Shown here one piece after another: positions 9,612 to 20,375 of a stretch of 64,000 bases of DNA (position 1 is the stretch's first letter; the number at the start of each line of letters is the position of its first letter). The DNA comes from an uncultured Muribaculaceae bacterium (GTDB taxonomy: Bacteria > Bacteroidota > Bacteroidia > Bacteroidales > Muribaculaceae): the NCBI GenBank assembly GCA_910584545.1, contig CAJUBC010000006.1, forward strand, positions 2,225-66,224, given 5' to 3'. The notes beneath the pieces are model-generated. The model searched no databases. It was not told the origin of the DNA and worked only from the letters and a program-made list of their open reading frames with translations. The position numbers and the translations under genes are program-made.

Positions 9612-10301
9612 ATGAGGAAATACGCAGTGATAGTGGCGGGGGGCGAAGGCCGCCGCGCCGGAGGAGATTTGCCCAAGCAGTTCAGGAAACTGCTGGGCAT
9701 TCCTTTGTTATGGTGGTCGGTCAGGGCATTCCACCGCGAGGATCCGGCTACAGAGATATCCATAGTGATTCACCCCGGATTTTTCTACGATTGGGACCTG
9801 CTCTACGCCGGGCTGCCGGAGGAGGACCGCCGCATTCCCGTAAGGATAGTCTGCGGAGGTGCCACGCGTTTTCACTCTGTCACCAACGGAGTTATGGAGA
9901 TTACGGCGTCGGAAGATGCCATGGTGGCGGTCCACGACGCGGCGCGTCCTATGGTTTTCCCCGAATTGATAGCCCGCGGCTGGGAGACATGCCGCCTCGA
10001 TGCCGCTGCAGTGCCGGCGGTGCCGGTGACCGATTCTCTGCGTCGCCTCGATAGTGATGGAAGCGTGGCTGTTCCCCGCTCCGAGTTCGTGGCGGTGCAG
10101 ACACCTCAGGTGTTCCGGGCCGACATCCTCAAGAGGGCCTGTGCCCAGCAGGAACGCGATGACGCTCCCTTCACTGATGACGCCTCTGCCGTCGAGGCTC
10201 TCGGAATCAAGGTCTCCCTTTTCGAGGGTGATCCCAGAAACATAAAGGTGACGCGCCCCTTCGATTTCGACATAGCCGCGCTGCTGCTCGAGGAATCATA
10301 A
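9612..10301 (+). CDS. ispD: 2-C-methyl-D-erythritol 4-phosphate cytidylyltransferase
   Basis: 'AGGEGRRAGGDLPKQF', 'VHDAARP', 'VQTPQVF', 'FTDDASAVE' and 'NIKVT'. Confidence 0.92.
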   Translation: MRKYAVIVAGGEGRRAGGDLPKQFRKLLGIPLLWWSVRAFHREDPATEISIVIHPGFFYDWDLLYAGLPEEDRRIPVRIVCGGATRFHSVTNGVMEITASEDAMVAVHDAARPMVFPELIARGWETCRLDAAAVPAVPVTDSLRRLDSDGSVAVPRSEFVAVQTPQVFRADILKRACAQQERDDAPFTDDASAVEALGIKVSLFEGDPRNIKVTRPFDFDIAALLLEES

Positions 10302-10327
10302 CTGATGGTTTTCCGGAGATCGCTGAT

Positions 10328-12511
10328 TTGTTTTTCGATACCGAAATAAAGTTTCTGAAGGGAGTGGGGGAGCGCCGGGCCAAGACGCTCACCGACGAGT
10401 TCGGGTTGCGGACTTTCCGTGACCTCGCTTTCATGTTCCCCTACAAGTATGTGGACCGCAGTCGTTTCTATGATATCGCGGAACTATCCGGCGATATGCC
10501 TATGGTCCAGATCCGCGGCAGCTTCATCAGCTTTTCCGAGGAGGGAGAGGGGGCGCGGAAGCGGCTTGTTGGCATCTTCACCGATGGCCGGAAGATGATG
10601 CAGACAGTATGGTTCTCGAAAATCACGGCAATCCGTGGACTTTACCATCCCGGTGTGGAGTATGTTATTTTCGGCAAGCCGTCGCTTTTCCGCAACGTAT
10701 GGTCCATGGCGCATCCGGAGGTGTCGAAGTTCAATCCGGAGAATCCTCCGTCCGGTTTCCGGGGAATCTACTCATTGTCGGAAACGAGCCGCAAGAAGGG
10801 CTTTACGGCCCGTAGCATTAGTTCTCTGGTAGAGAATCTGCTGAAACATCCCGGTTTCCAGACAGTTCCGGAGACGCTTCCTCAGGAGGTCGTATCGGCC
10901 TATCGACTGATGCCGCTGAAGGAGGCCATCGCCAACCTTCACTTCCCCGAGAATCCCGAGTCGCTTCAGAAAGCGAGAGAGAGGATGAAGTTCGAGGAAT
11001 TGTTTTACCTGCAGCTGCACATCCTCAGGTTTTCGCGCGAGAGAAGTCAGCGCATCCGCGGCGAGGTCTTCGCGCGGATAGGAAAGTATTTCAATGGCTT
11101 CTACAATGAAGTTCTTCCGTTCCCTCTCACCGGTGCGCAGAAGCGCGTGTTGCGCGAGATCCGGGCAGACATGCGGACGGGGCGGCAGATGAACCGTCTG
11201 CTGCAGGGCGATGTGGGGTCCGGCAAGACCCTCGTGGCTTTCATGACTATGCTTATGGGGGCCGACAACGGCTGCCAGTCGGCCTTGATGGCTCCGACGG
11301 AGATCCTCGCCACCCAGCATTATGAGACAATCCGTGAGTGGGCCGAGCCTCTCGGTCTGAGGGTTGAGTTGCTCACCGGAAGCACCCGTGTGCGGCAGCG
11401 ACGCATTATCCATGAGGGACTTGAAAACGGAGACATAGACATCATAGTCGGTACGCATGCGTTGATAGAGGACACTGTGAAATTCAGACGTCTCGGCGTG
11501 GCGGTAATCGACGAGCAGCACCGTTTCGGCGTGGCTCAGCGCGCCCGCATGTGGCAGAAGAGCGCGATCGCGCCCCATGTGCTCGTGATGACAGCCACTC
11601 CGATTCCACGTACGCTTGCCATGACTGTCTACGGCGACCTCGACGTGTCGGTTATCGACGAACTCCCTCCCGGACGCAAGCCTGTCACGACTCTTCTCCG
11701 CTTCGACGAGAACAGGGGAGAGGTCAACCGCCTGCTCGGCCGGGAACTTGCCACCGGAAGACAGGCCTATATCGTGTATCCGCTGATCACCGAGAATCCT
11801 AAGCTTGAACTCAAGAGCGTGGAAAATGGCCTGGAACGCATATCGGGAATTTTCCCGCAGTACAAGGTATGCATGGTCCATGGCAGGATGAAGCCCGACG
11901 TGAAGGAGGAGCAAATGCGGAGATTTATCTCCGGAGAAGCGCGCATCATGGTGGCCACCACCGTGATAGAGGTCGGAGTTAATGTACCGAACGCCTCGGT
12001 GATGGTGATAGAGAACGCCGAGCGGTTCGGCCTCTCTCAGCTCCATCAGCTCAGGGGACGCGTGGGACGAGGCTCCGACAAGAGTTACTGTGTGCTCGTC
12101 ACCAAGGAGAAGACCGGAGGCGACACGCGAAAGAGGCTCGGCATAATGACTGAGACGAGCGACGGCTTCGTCATCTCCGAAGCCGACATGCGCATGCGTG
12201 GTCCCGGCGATATGGAGGGTACGCAGCAGAGCGGACTCGCATTCAGTCTTCAGGTGGCGAATCTTACTACCGACGGACAGATTCTATCCGTCGCCCGCGA
12301 GGCTGCGGGAAGGATCCTCGACGCGCATCCGGAGCTGCTCGAGCGGGAACCTCGCCGACAGGAGGGCCAGGCATCGGAGGGCACTTCCATAGCACCCGTT
12401 ACGGTGCAAAATCAAAAAAATCTTGCGCTTTCCCCCTCTGGAATCGATACATTACGCACCGAATTGCGTTATAGATTTGCGAAGACCATTGATTGGTCGC
12501 GTATTTCTTGA
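10328..12511 (+). CDS. recG: ATP-dependent DNA helicase RecG
   Basis: 'LQGDVGSGKT', 'DEQHRFGV', 'MTATPIPRTLA' and 'QLHQLRGRVGRG'. TTG start is tentative. Confidence 0.96.
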   Translation: MFFDTEIKFLKGVGERRAKTLTDEFGLRTFRDLAFMFPYKYVDRSRFYDIAELSGDMPMVQIRGSFISFSEEGEGARKRLVGIFTDGRKMMQTVWFSKITAIRGLYHPGVEYVIFGKPSLFRNVWSMAHPEVSKFNPENPPSGFRGIYSLSETSRKKGFTARSISSLVENLLKHPGFQTVPETLPQEVVSAYRLMPLKEAIANLHFPENPESLQKARERMKFEELFYLQLHILRFSRERSQRIRGEVFARIGKYFNGFYNEVLPFPLTGAQKRVLREIRADMRTGRQMNRLLQGDVGSGKTLVAFMTMLMGADNGCQSALMAPTEILATQHYETIREWAEPLGLRVELLTGSTRVRQRRIIHEGLENGDIDIIVGTHALIEDTVKFRRLGVAVIDEQHRFGVAQRARMWQKSAIAPHVLVMTATPIPRTLAMTVYGDLDVSVIDELPPGRKPVTTLLRFDENRGEVNRLLGRELATGRQAYIVYPLITENPKLELKSVENGLERISGIFPQYKVCMVHGRMKPDVKEEQMRRFISGEARIMVATTVIEVGVNVPNASVMVIENAERFGLSQLHQLRGRVGRGSDKSYCVLVTKEKTGGDTRKRLGIMTETSDGFVISEADMRMRGPGDMEGTQQSGLAFSLQVANLTTDGQILSVAREAAGRILDAHPELLEREPRRQEGQASEGTSIAPVTVQNQKNLALSPSGIDTLRTELRYRFAKTIDWSRIS

Positions 12512-12542
12512 TGGAAAACCAAAATAACCTATAGACCCTGGT

Positions 12543-13877
12543 ATGAGAGAGAAGGAATTTTTACCCTTGGTTCGAGAGAAACTGGGGATAGAGGAATTGA
12601 ATCCCATGCAGCTCAAGATGATGCAGGCTCACAGCGAGAGCCGCGACATCATCCTGCTGTCGCCCACAGGAAGCGGCAAGACGCTCGCTTTCATCCTGCC
12701 TATGCTCAAGATGCTCCGCCCCTCAACGGGGCGCGTACAGGCGGTGGTGGTGGCGCCGAGCCGCGAACTCGTCATACAGATTGCCGGAATCGTCGGAAAA
12801 ATAGCCGCCGGCATGAAGACGACACCGCTGTACGGCGGCCATAAGGTAGAGGATGAGGTCAATTCTTTGTCGGCCGGGACCGACATTATTGTCGCCACCC
12901 CGGGACGATTGCTCGACCATATCAATCGGCGCGATATCGACGTGCTTCCCACTCGGATGCTCGTGCTCGATGAATTCGACAAGAGTCTTGAACTCGGTTT
13001 CGAGAAGGAGATGAAGAAGATAGTGGCGAGGCTCAAGAACGTCAGCCGCATCATCCTCACCTCGGCCACCCGCGCCGATGTGTTGCCGGATTTCCTGAGA
13101 CTCGACAACCCGCTCACCATCGACTTCCTTGAAGACAATCAGGAACTGCGCAACCGCATACGAGTGCATCGGGTTGATTCCGACGCCAACGACAAACTCG
13201 ATTCACTGCTGGTTCTTCTTCGTAATCTCACGGCGGAAGGCCATCCCGATCGCAGCATTATTTTCGTGAATCACCGTGAAAGCGCGGAGCGTGTGGCGAA
13301 TTTCCTGAAGAATAACGGTTTGCCTGCTGTGCTCTATCATGGTGCCCTCGATCAGCGGGAGCGCGAACAGGCTGTGGCACGCTTCAACAGCGGCAGCAGG
13401 CCGATCCTTGTGGCAACCGACCTGGCAGCCAGAGGCCTTGATATCAAGAATGTAAGGAACATCATCCATTACCATCAGCCCCTCACTCCCGAGACATGGA
13501 CGCATCGCAACGGGCGTACGGCGCGTGTTGACGCCGACGGCGACATCTTCCTGCTCGTGGGGCCGAATGAGGATATCAAGGACTATGTCTCTTTCGATGA
13601 CACCCGCTATCTTGATACGGAGAAAGCCCCCGATATGTCGGCCCCCTCTGAAACACTCTTCTTCTCGGCGGGACGGCGCGAGAAACTTTCCAAAGGCGAT
13701 ATCCTCGGCTTCCTTGTGAAGGAGGGTGGGCTGGAGCCGGGTCAGATAGGGGTGATCGACGTGTTCGACCACTATGCGCTCGCCGCCGTGGTGAGGGATG
13801 CGGTCAAGCAGATGATGCAGCGTATCAAGGGGAAGAAAATCAAGGGTGAGAAGCGGATGATTTCACTTCTTGACTGA
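12543..13877 (+). CDS. DEAD/DEAH-box RNA helicase with DbpA-type C-terminal RNA-binding domain
   Basis: 'SPTGSGKT', 'TPGRLLD', 'DEFD', 'SAT', 'ARGLD', 'HRNGRTAR' and the C-terminal 'GRREKLSKGDILGFL'. Confidence 0.92.
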   Translation: MREKEFLPLVREKLGIEELNPMQLKMMQAHSESRDIILLSPTGSGKTLAFILPMLKMLRPSTGRVQAVVVAPSRELVIQIAGIVGKIAAGMKTTPLYGGHKVEDEVNSLSAGTDIIVATPGRLLDHINRRDIDVLPTRMLVLDEFDKSLELGFEKEMKKIVARLKNVSRIILTSATRADVLPDFLRLDNPLTIDFLEDNQELRNRIRVHRVDSDANDKLDSLLVLLRNLTAEGHPDRSIIFVNHRESAERVANFLKNNGLPAVLYHGALDQREREQAVARFNSGSRPILVATDLAARGLDIKNVRNIIHYHQPLTPETWTHRNGRTARVDADGDIFLLVGPNEDIKDYVSFDDTRYLDTEKAPDMSAPSETLFFSAGRREKLSKGDILGFLVKEGGLEPGQIGVIDVFDHYALAAVVRDAVKQMMQRIKGKKIKGEKRMISLLD

Positions 13878-14091
13878 TTCCGAAGGCTCATTTAGTGATT
13901 TTCAGGTAAAAAATATCCTTATTATAGGTATTATTTGCTGAGATTTTTGTAATTTTGTACCTGAATCGGTATACTATGTGTCTCTCCTTGATCTCGGAGA
14001 GCTTGGAAGCCGTGCGGATGCGCGGTAAAATTAGGCTAAGGTAATTAGACCAAGATAAGGAAAAATAATAACTCAAATATTAGCGAAACAA

Positions 14092-17000
14092 ATGAGCAAA
14101 ACAAAGAAATTCCTGACATGCGACGGCAATCAGGCTGCCGCGCATATCAGCTACATGTTTAGCGAGGTTGCAGCTATTTATCCCATTACTCCGTCATCCA
14201 CAATGGCGGAGTATGTCGATGACTGGTCTGCTGCCGGCAGGAAGAACATCTTCGGCGAGACAGTTCTTGTCCAGGAGATGCAGAGCGAGGCCGGTGCCGC
14301 CGGCGCTGTCCATGGCTCCCTTCAGTCCGGTGCGCTCACAACGACTTACACCGCATCGCAGGGTCTCCTGCTGATGATCCCCAATATGTACAAGATCGCA
14401 GGTGAACTCCTTCCCTGTGTGTTCCACGTATCGGCCCGTACGCTTGCCTCCCATGCGCTGAGCATCTTCGGCGACCATCAGGATGTGATGTCTGCCCGTC
14501 AGACCGGTTTCGCAATGTTATGCGAGGGAAGCGTGCAGGAGGTGATGGACCTCTCCGCAGTGGCTCATCTCTCGGCGATCAAGGGCCGGGTGCCGTTCAT
14601 CAATTTCTTCGACGGTTTCCGTACTTCTCACGAAATCCAGAAGATCGAGGCTCTCTCCGAAGAGGACCTCGCTCCGCTCGTGGACCGCAAGGCTCTTGAG
14701 GAATTCCGGGCCGGCGCCCTCAATCCCGACAAGCCCGTTTCCCGCGGTATGGCCGAGAACCCCGACGTGTTCTTCCAGCACCGCGAGGCAAGCAATAAGT
14801 ATTACGATGCTATTCCCGAAATCGTAGAGGAATATATCAAGGAGATGAACCGTCTCACAGGCCGCAACTATGGTCTCTTCGACTATTACGGCGACCCGGA
14901 GGCCGACCGCGTCATCATCGCCATGGGTTCCGTCACGGAGGCCATCAAGGAGACAATCGACTCTCTCCGCTCCAACGGTGAGAAGGTGGGCCTCGTGGCC
15001 GTGCATCTCTACCGCCCCTTCTCCGCACGTCATTTCCTCGCAGCCGTGCCCAAGAGCGCCCGCAGAATCGCGGTGCTCGACCGCACCAAGGAGCCCGGGG
15101 CCAACGGCGAGCCTCTTTATCTCGACGTGCGCGACTGCTTCTACGGCAGGGAGAACGCCCCGCTTATCGTGGGCGGACGCTATGGCCTCAGCTCCAAGGA
15201 CACCACTCCGTCGCAGATTCTCGAGGTTTATCGCAATCTCGCCGAGAAAAATCCCAGGAACGGTTTCACCATCGGTATCGAGGATGACGTGACCAACCTC
15301 TCGCTTCCCGTGATGCCCGAGGTGAATGTGGGCGGCAAGGGTATGTTCCAGGCCAAGTTCTATGGCCTTGGAGCCGACGGTACGGTAGGCGCCAACAAGA
15401 ACTCCGTGAAGATCATCGGCGACAACACCGATAAGTACTGCCAGGCATATTTCGCGTACGACTCGAAGAAGTCCGGCGGCTTCACCTGCTCGCACCTCCG
15501 CTTCGGCGACGAGCCTATCCGTTCCACCTATCTGGTGAACACCCCTAACTTCGTGGCATGCCATGTGCAGGCTTATCTCCACATGTACGACGTGACACGC
15601 GGTCTCCAACCCAACGGAACTTTCCTTCTCAACACCATCTGGGAGGGCGACGAACTCGCCAGGAACCTCCCCAACAAGGTGAAGCGCTTCTTTGCTGAGA
15701 ACAATATCACCGTATATTACATCAACGCCACCCGCATCGCTCAGGAAATCGGTCTCGGCAACCGTACCAATACCATTCTCCAGAGCGCGTTCTTCCGCAT
15801 CACCGAGGTGATTCCCGTCGATCTAGCCATCGAGCAGATGAAGAAGTTCATCGTGAAGAGCTACGGCAAGAAGGGTGAGAATGTGGTGAACATGAACAAC
15901 CAGGCCGTGGACCGCGGCGGCGAGTATCACCGTCTCGAGGTTAAGCCCGAGTGGGCATCGCTTGCCGATGATACTCCGGCTCTGGCTCCGGCCCCCGAGT
16001 TCGTGGAGACTGTTGTACGTCCCATCAACGCTCAGGATGGCGACCTGCTTCCCGTAAGCAAGTTCACCGACCGTCCCGACGGAACATGGACTCCCGGCAC
16101 AGCCGCCTACGAGAAGCGCGGTGTCGCCACATTCGTCCCTGAATGGAATCCCGAGAACTGCATCCAGTGTAACCGCTGCTCCTACGTATGTCCTCACGCT
16201 GCCATCCGTCCATTTGTGCTGACTCCCGAGGAGGCCGCCAAGGCTCCATTCGGCGAGGATCACTCTGTCCCGGCCCTCGGCAAGGATTTCGTGCCCGGCA
16301 GCCGCTTCGTCCAGCAGGTCGATGTGCTCGACTGTCTCGGTTGCGGTAACTGCGTGGATGTATGTCCCGGCAAGAAGGGCAACAAGGCCCTCTCGATGCA
16401 GCTTCTCCAGACTCAGGAGTCTCAGGACAGGAACTGGGAGTGGCTCGTCAATAATGTAACCAACAAGGCCGACAGGGTTAATGTCTCCCTTAACGTGAAG
16501 AACTCGCAGTTTGCTCAGCCCCTCTTCGAGTTCTCCGGAGCATGCTCCGGCTGCGGCGAGACCCCTTACGTGAAGCTCCTCACGCAGCTTTTCGGCGACC
16601 GTGAGATCGTAGCCAACGCTACCGGATGTTCCTCCATCTACTCCGGTTCGGTGCCCAGCACTCCATACACCGTCAACGAGAAGGGTCACGGTCCGGCATG
16701 GGCCAACTCCCTCTTCGAGGACTTCTGCGAGTATGGACTCGGAATGTACATCGGTTATGAGAAACTGCGCGAGCGCGTGAAGGAAGCCGCCATCAACCTC
16801 TCCACTTCCGGCGAAGCCCCCGAGGCTACACGCGAGGCAGCGCGGCGCTGGCTCGACGGACGCAACGACGGTCCCGTTTCCCGCGTTACCGGCGAGGCTC
16901 TCGTAGAGGCCTGTCGCGAAGGAGCGGAGAAGGGATGCCCCGACTGCCGCACTGTCGTTGACCTCTCGCATTACCTCACAAAACGCAGCCAGTGGATCAT

Positions 17001-17691
17001 CGGCGGCGACGGCGCAAGCTACGACATAGGCTTCGGCGGTCTCGACCATGTGATCGCTTCCGGAAAGAACGTCAATATCCTCGTGCTCGATACCGAGGTT
17101 TATTCCAATACCGGCGGTCAGAGCTCCAAGTCGACCCCGATCGGTGCCATCGCAAAGTTCGCCGCCGCCGGCAAACGCATCCGTAAGAAGGATCTCGGAC
17201 TCATGGCCACCACATACGGTTATGTATACGTGGCCCAGATTGCCATGGGCGCCGACCAGGCCCAGACCCTCAAGGCCATCCGCGAGGCCGAGGCTTACGA
17301 CGGCCCCTCGCTCGTGATCGCTTACTCTCCCTGCATCAACCACGGTATCAAGAAGGGTATGGGTCACAGCCAGGCCGAGGAACGCGACGCAGTCGACTGC
17401 GGATACTGGCATCTCTGGCGTTATAATCCCGAGCTTGAGAACAAGGGCGAGAATCCCTTCTCGCTCGATAGCAAGGAGCCTGACTGGGATAAGTTCTACG
17501 ACTTCCTCAAGGGTGAGGTGCGCTTTGCATCGCTCTACAAGACGTATCCTCAGGAAGCCGAGGAACTCTTCAAGGCCGCGAGAGACAATGCCCGGTGGCG
17601 TTATAACAACTACAAGCGTCTCGCAGCCCAGAACTGGGGTGTCGATCCTGAGATGACACCCGAAGAAATCGAGCTCCGCAAGCAGGACTGA
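14092..17691 (+). CDS. nifJ: Pyruvate:ferredoxin (flavodoxin) oxidoreductase
   Basis: 'YPITPSS', 'EMQSEAGAAG', two 4Fe-4S motifs (CIQCNRCSYVCP, CLGCGNCVDVCP) and TPP motif 'GGDGASYDIG..DTEVYSNTGGQ'. Confidence 0.97.
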   Translation: MSKTKKFLTCDGNQAAAHISYMFSEVAAIYPITPSSTMAEYVDDWSAAGRKNIFGETVLVQEMQSEAGAAGAVHGSLQSGALTTTYTASQGLLLMIPNMYKIAGELLPCVFHVSARTLASHALSIFGDHQDVMSARQTGFAMLCEGSVQEVMDLSAVAHLSAIKGRVPFINFFDGFRTSHEIQKIEALSEEDLAPLVDRKALEEFRAGALNPDKPVSRGMAENPDVFFQHREASNKYYDAIPEIVEEYIKEMNRLTGRNYGLFDYYGDPEADRVIIAMGSVTEAIKETIDSLRSNGEKVGLVAVHLYRPFSARHFLAAVPKSARRIAVLDRTKEPGANGEPLYLDVRDCFYGRENAPLIVGGRYGLSSKDTTPSQILEVYRNLAEKNPRNGFTIGIEDDVTNLSLPVMPEVNVGGKGMFQAKFYGLGADGTVGANKNSVKIIGDNTDKYCQAYFAYDSKKSGGFTCSHLRFGDEPIRSTYLVNTPNFVACHVQAYLHMYDVTRGLQPNGTFLLNTIWEGDELARNLPNKVKRFFAENNITVYYINATRIAQEIGLGNRTNTILQSAFFRITEVIPVDLAIEQMKKFIVKSYGKKGENVVNMNNQAVDRGGEYHRLEVKPEWASLADDTPALAPAPEFVETVVRPINAQDGDLLPVSKFTDRPDGTWTPGTAAYEKRGVATFVPEWNPENCIQCNRCSYVCPHAAIRPFVLTPEEAAKAPFGEDHSVPALGKDFVPGSRFVQQVDVLDCLGCGNCVDVCPGKKGNKALSMQLLQTQESQDRNWEWLVNNVTNKADRVNVSLNVKNSQFAQPLFEFSGACSGCGETPYVKLLTQLFGDREIVANATGCSSIYSGSVPSTPYTVNEKGHGPAWANSLFEDFCEYGLGMYIGYEKLRERVKEAAINLSTSGEAPEATREAARRWLDGRNDGPVSRVTGEALVEACREGAEKGCPDCRTVVDLSHYLTKRSQWIIGGDGASYDIGFGGLDHVIASGKNVNILVLDTEVYSNTGGQSSKSTPIGAIAKFAAAGKRIRKKDLGLMATTYGYVYVAQIAMGADQAQTLKAIREAEAYDGPSLVIAYSPCINHGIKKGMGHSQAEERDAVDCGYWHLWRYNPELENKGENPFSLDSKEPDWDKFYDFLKGEVRFASLYKTYPQEAEELFKAARDNARWRYNNYKRLAAQNWGVDPEMTPEEIELRKQD

Positions 17692-17707
17692 TGCTGGCGT
17701 AAGACTT

Positions 17708-17764
17708 AATGACAGATAAAAAGAGAGCCTCCTTTCGCGGGAGGCTCTCTTTTTATCTGTCATT
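17708..17764. terminator. Bidirectional intrinsic terminator between convergent nifJ and SIMPL genes
   Basis: Perfect 25-bp inverted repeat aatgacagataaaaagagagcctcc / ggaggctctctttttatctgtcatt. Confidence 0.88.
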
Positions 17765-17776
17765 TTGTCGTATGTG

Positions 17777-18526
17777 TCAGTCTTTCAGGTAGTACTCGAT
17801 GGTCGAGACTACACGTACCTTCTTAATGGAGGGGGTGTACTGGTCGCGGTCCTCGATGGAGAACTGTCCCTGGGAAGCGGATTTTATCTTGCCCAGGCGG
17901 CTATCCGAGTCCTCGGCGAATTTCTGCGCCGCCTTGCGGGCGTTCTTCGTGGCATCCGCCACCATGTCCGGCTTGATCTGGTTCAGCTCCGTGAATTCAT
18001 ACAGCGTCTGGTAGTTGTAGTCGCCGGCGACAATCGCGATTCCCTGCTGCATCAGCTCGGTCTGCTTGTTCATCAGCTTCTGGATCTTGGCTACCTGCGA
18101 GGATGTCACCACCACGACTGTCGTGACGTTGTAGCGGTAGGGAGGCGGGGTGCCCCCATAGTTGTCGGCCTGCATGTCCTGAACCTTCGGGGCGTTCACC
18201 TGGAACTCTTTGTCGGTTATGCCGTTCTTCTTCAGGAAGTTTACGATGGCATCATCCGTGCTCGACACCTGACTGTAGATCTGCGTCAGGTCGTTGCCCA
18301 CAATCTTGCTTACTATCGGCCATGTCACCTTGTTGGCGTTCACCTCTCTCTCGCTGAGTCCGCGGACTGTCACGACGCGGGAGTTCGAGGAGATCTGGCC
18401 GAAGCCATTGCGGATGCATATGCCTAACAGGAGGAGACCGATCGCTATGAAGATTGCCGGCATCCAGGAATTCACGGCCCTGATGGGACAGGACTTTTCT
18501 ACCCGAGTGTTTTCTTCGTTTTTCAT
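17777..18526 (-). CDS. SIMPL (DUF541) domain protein
   Basis: N-terminal TM segment, 'VVTVRGLSEREV', 'ATKNARKAAQKFAEDS..LGKIKSASQGQFSI' and 'KKVRVVSTIEYYL'. Confidence 0.88.
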   Translation of the reverse strand: MKNEENTRVEKSCPIRAVNSWMPAIFIAIGLLLLGICIRNGFGQISSNSRVVTVRGLSEREVNANKVTWPIVSKIVGNDLTQIYSQVSSTDDAIVNFLKKNGITDKEFQVNAPKVQDMQADNYGGTPPPYRYNVTTVVVVTSSQVAKIQKLMNKQTELMQQGIAIVAGDYNYQTLYEFTELNQIKPDMVADATKNARKAAQKFAEDSDSRLGKIKSASQGQFSIEDRDQYTPSIKKVRVVSTIEYYLKD

Positions 18527-18625
18527 ATTCCTATTATTTTGAAGTGAAATTTAACCTTATAACGCTCCCCGGTGTACATTTATCAAAAAAATTTAGTAAA
18601 TTTGCGGTTCAAACGCGAAATAATT

Positions 18626-19651
18626 ATGCTTGACAAGATAAAGGCTCTCCGCGAGGAGATAAACGCTGCCATTGCATCCGACATGGAAGCGGTGGAGCAG
18701 CTGCGCATCAAATATCTGAGTAAGAAAGGTCTCGTGTCGGCTCTTATGGCCGACTTCCGTTCCGTTCCGGCTGACCAGAAACGCGAGGTTGGACAGAAAA
18801 TCAACGAGTTGAAGACTTTTGCAACTGAAAAGATCAATTCCCTGCGTGACGCGTTCCTTCTCAAGGAGGATGATTCATGCGATGAACTCGACCTCACCAG
18901 GACCGCTTCGCCCGAACAGCTCGGCACCCGTCATCCGCTGTCTGTGGTGCGCAACGAGATACTGCGCATCTTCGCCGGCATGGGCTTCACCATAGCGGAA
19001 GGCCCCGAGATCGAGGATGACTGGCACGTGTTTGAAAGTCTCAATTTCCCGCCGGACCATCCCGCCCGCGACATGCAGGACACTTTCTTCATCTCGCGCG
19101 ACCCGTCAGACGTGCTTCTCCGCACCCACACCTCTTCGGTGCAGACCCGCGTTATGGAACGCACCCAGCCTCCGATCCGAATCGTATGTCCGGGCCGTGT
19201 GTACCGTAACGAGGCGATATCGGCGCGTGCCCACTGCTTCTTCCACCAGGTGGAGGGCCTTTACATCGACCGCAATGTGTCGTTCGTCGACCTCAAGCAG
19301 GTCCTTCTCGGATTCGCGACGCGCATGTTCGGCCCCGACACCAAGATCCGTCTCCGTCCCTCCTACTTCCCCTTTACCGAACCATCGGCGGAGATGGACA
19401 TCTCCTGCGACATCTGCGGCGGCAAAGGCTGCGCGCTCTGCAAGGGAACCGGTTGGGTGGAGATTCTCGGCTGCGGTATGGTCGATCCCAACGTGCTTGA
19501 GGCCTGCGGTATAGATCCCGATGTCTACACCGGCTACGCATTCGGCATGGGAGTGGAGCGGATCGCCAACCTGAAATACAAGGTAAAGGACCTGCGCCTC
19601 TTCAGCGAGAACGATATCCGATTCCTGCGCGAATTCGAATCCGCTCATTGA
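18626..19651 (+). CDS. pheS: Phenylalanyl-tRNA synthetase alpha subunit
   Basis: 'HPARDMQDTF', 'LRTHTSSVQ', 'FHQVEGL', 'FPFTEPSAE' and 'FGMGVER'. TAAATTTG -7 box at about 18597. Confidence 0.97.
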   Translation: MLDKIKALREEINAAIASDMEAVEQLRIKYLSKKGLVSALMADFRSVPADQKREVGQKINELKTFATEKINSLRDAFLLKEDDSCDELDLTRTASPEQLGTRHPLSVVRNEILRIFAGMGFTIAEGPEIEDDWHVFESLNFPPDHPARDMQDTFFISRDPSDVLLRTHTSSVQTRVMERTQPPIRIVCPGRVYRNEAISARAHCFFHQVEGLYIDRNVSFVDLKQVLLGFATRMFGPDTKIRLRPSYFPFTEPSAEMDISCDICGGKGCALCKGTGWVEILGCGMVDPNVLEACGIDPDVYTGYAFGMGVERIANLKYKVKDLRLFSENDIRFLREFESAH

Positions 19652-19684
19652 TCGCGGCTCTGACGTTAAATCTAATTATAATTA

Positions 19685-19724
19685 AAGCGCGGGTATCGCT
19701 GTCGCGGTTTCCGCGCTTCTTTTT
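19685..19724 (+). terminator. Possible intrinsic terminator after pheS
   Basis: aagcgcgg...ccgcgctt stem followed by a T-run. Confidence 0.5.
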
Positions 19725-19733
19725 GACTTTGCT

Positions 19734-20375
19734 ATGACCATAAGGCAGAGATATGAAGGAATCCTGAGGATTTTTCAGGAAACAATGCCTGATGCCGCGA
19801 CGGAGCTGCATTATGACACACCGTTCCATCTGTTGCTGGCTGTGATTCTGTCGGCACAGTGTACCGACAAGCGCATCAACATGGTGACGCCGGCGCTATT
19901 CGAGCGCTTTCCCGATCCGGCGTCGCTGGCGGCGGCGAGCGAAGAAGAGGTATATGGATACATCAAGAGCGTGACCTTCCCCAACAACAAGACGCGGGCC
20001 ATCATCAAGGCCGCCCGGATGATAGAGAAAGACTTCGGGGGAGAGCTCCCGTCCGATATCGACAATCTGATCAAGTTGCCGGGTGTTGGGCGCAAGACAG
20101 CCAACGTGATGCTGGCGGTAGTCTGGAACAAGGCCGCGATGGCTGTCGACACCCATGTATTCAGGGTCAGCAACCGGCTGGGACTGACGAACAACTCGAA
20201 GACCCCGCTCGAGACCGAGCGCACCCTTATGCGCCACATCCCGGAAGAGCTGGTCTCGACCGCCCATCACTGGCTGATCCTGCACGGCCGCTACATCTGC
20301 AAAGCGCGCCGCCCCGACTGCCCGAACTGCCCCCTCACCTCCTACTGCAAGACCTTCGAGGGCACCGGCCGATAA
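19734..20375 (+). CDS. nth: Endonuclease III
   Basis: 'ILSAQCTDKRIN', HhH 'LPGVGRKTANV', 'VDTHVFRV' and FeS motif C-x6-C-x2-C-x5-C. Confidence 0.96.
   Translation: MTIRQRYEGILRIFQETMPDAATELHYDTPFHLLLAVILSAQCTDKRINMVTPALFERFPDPASLAAASEEEVYGYIKSVTFPNNKTRAIIKAARMIEKDFGGELPSDIDNLIKLPGVGRKTANVMLAVVWNKAAMAVDTHVFRVSNRLGLTNNSKTPLETERTLMRHIPEELVSTAHHWLILHGRYICKARRPDCPNCPLTSYCKTFEGTGR

Noticed and set aside
13960..14091. Known riboswitch (e.g. TPP) in the nifJ leader
   Set aside because: Only a short ctctcc/ggagag hairpin is present. No recognisable aptamer consensus.
15823..17763. 646-aa antisense ORF within nifJ (similar cases at 10772-12046, 43662-44987, 58415-60403)
   Set aside because: Typical antisense open frames caused by high GC3 codon bias in conserved genes. 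No independent signals.
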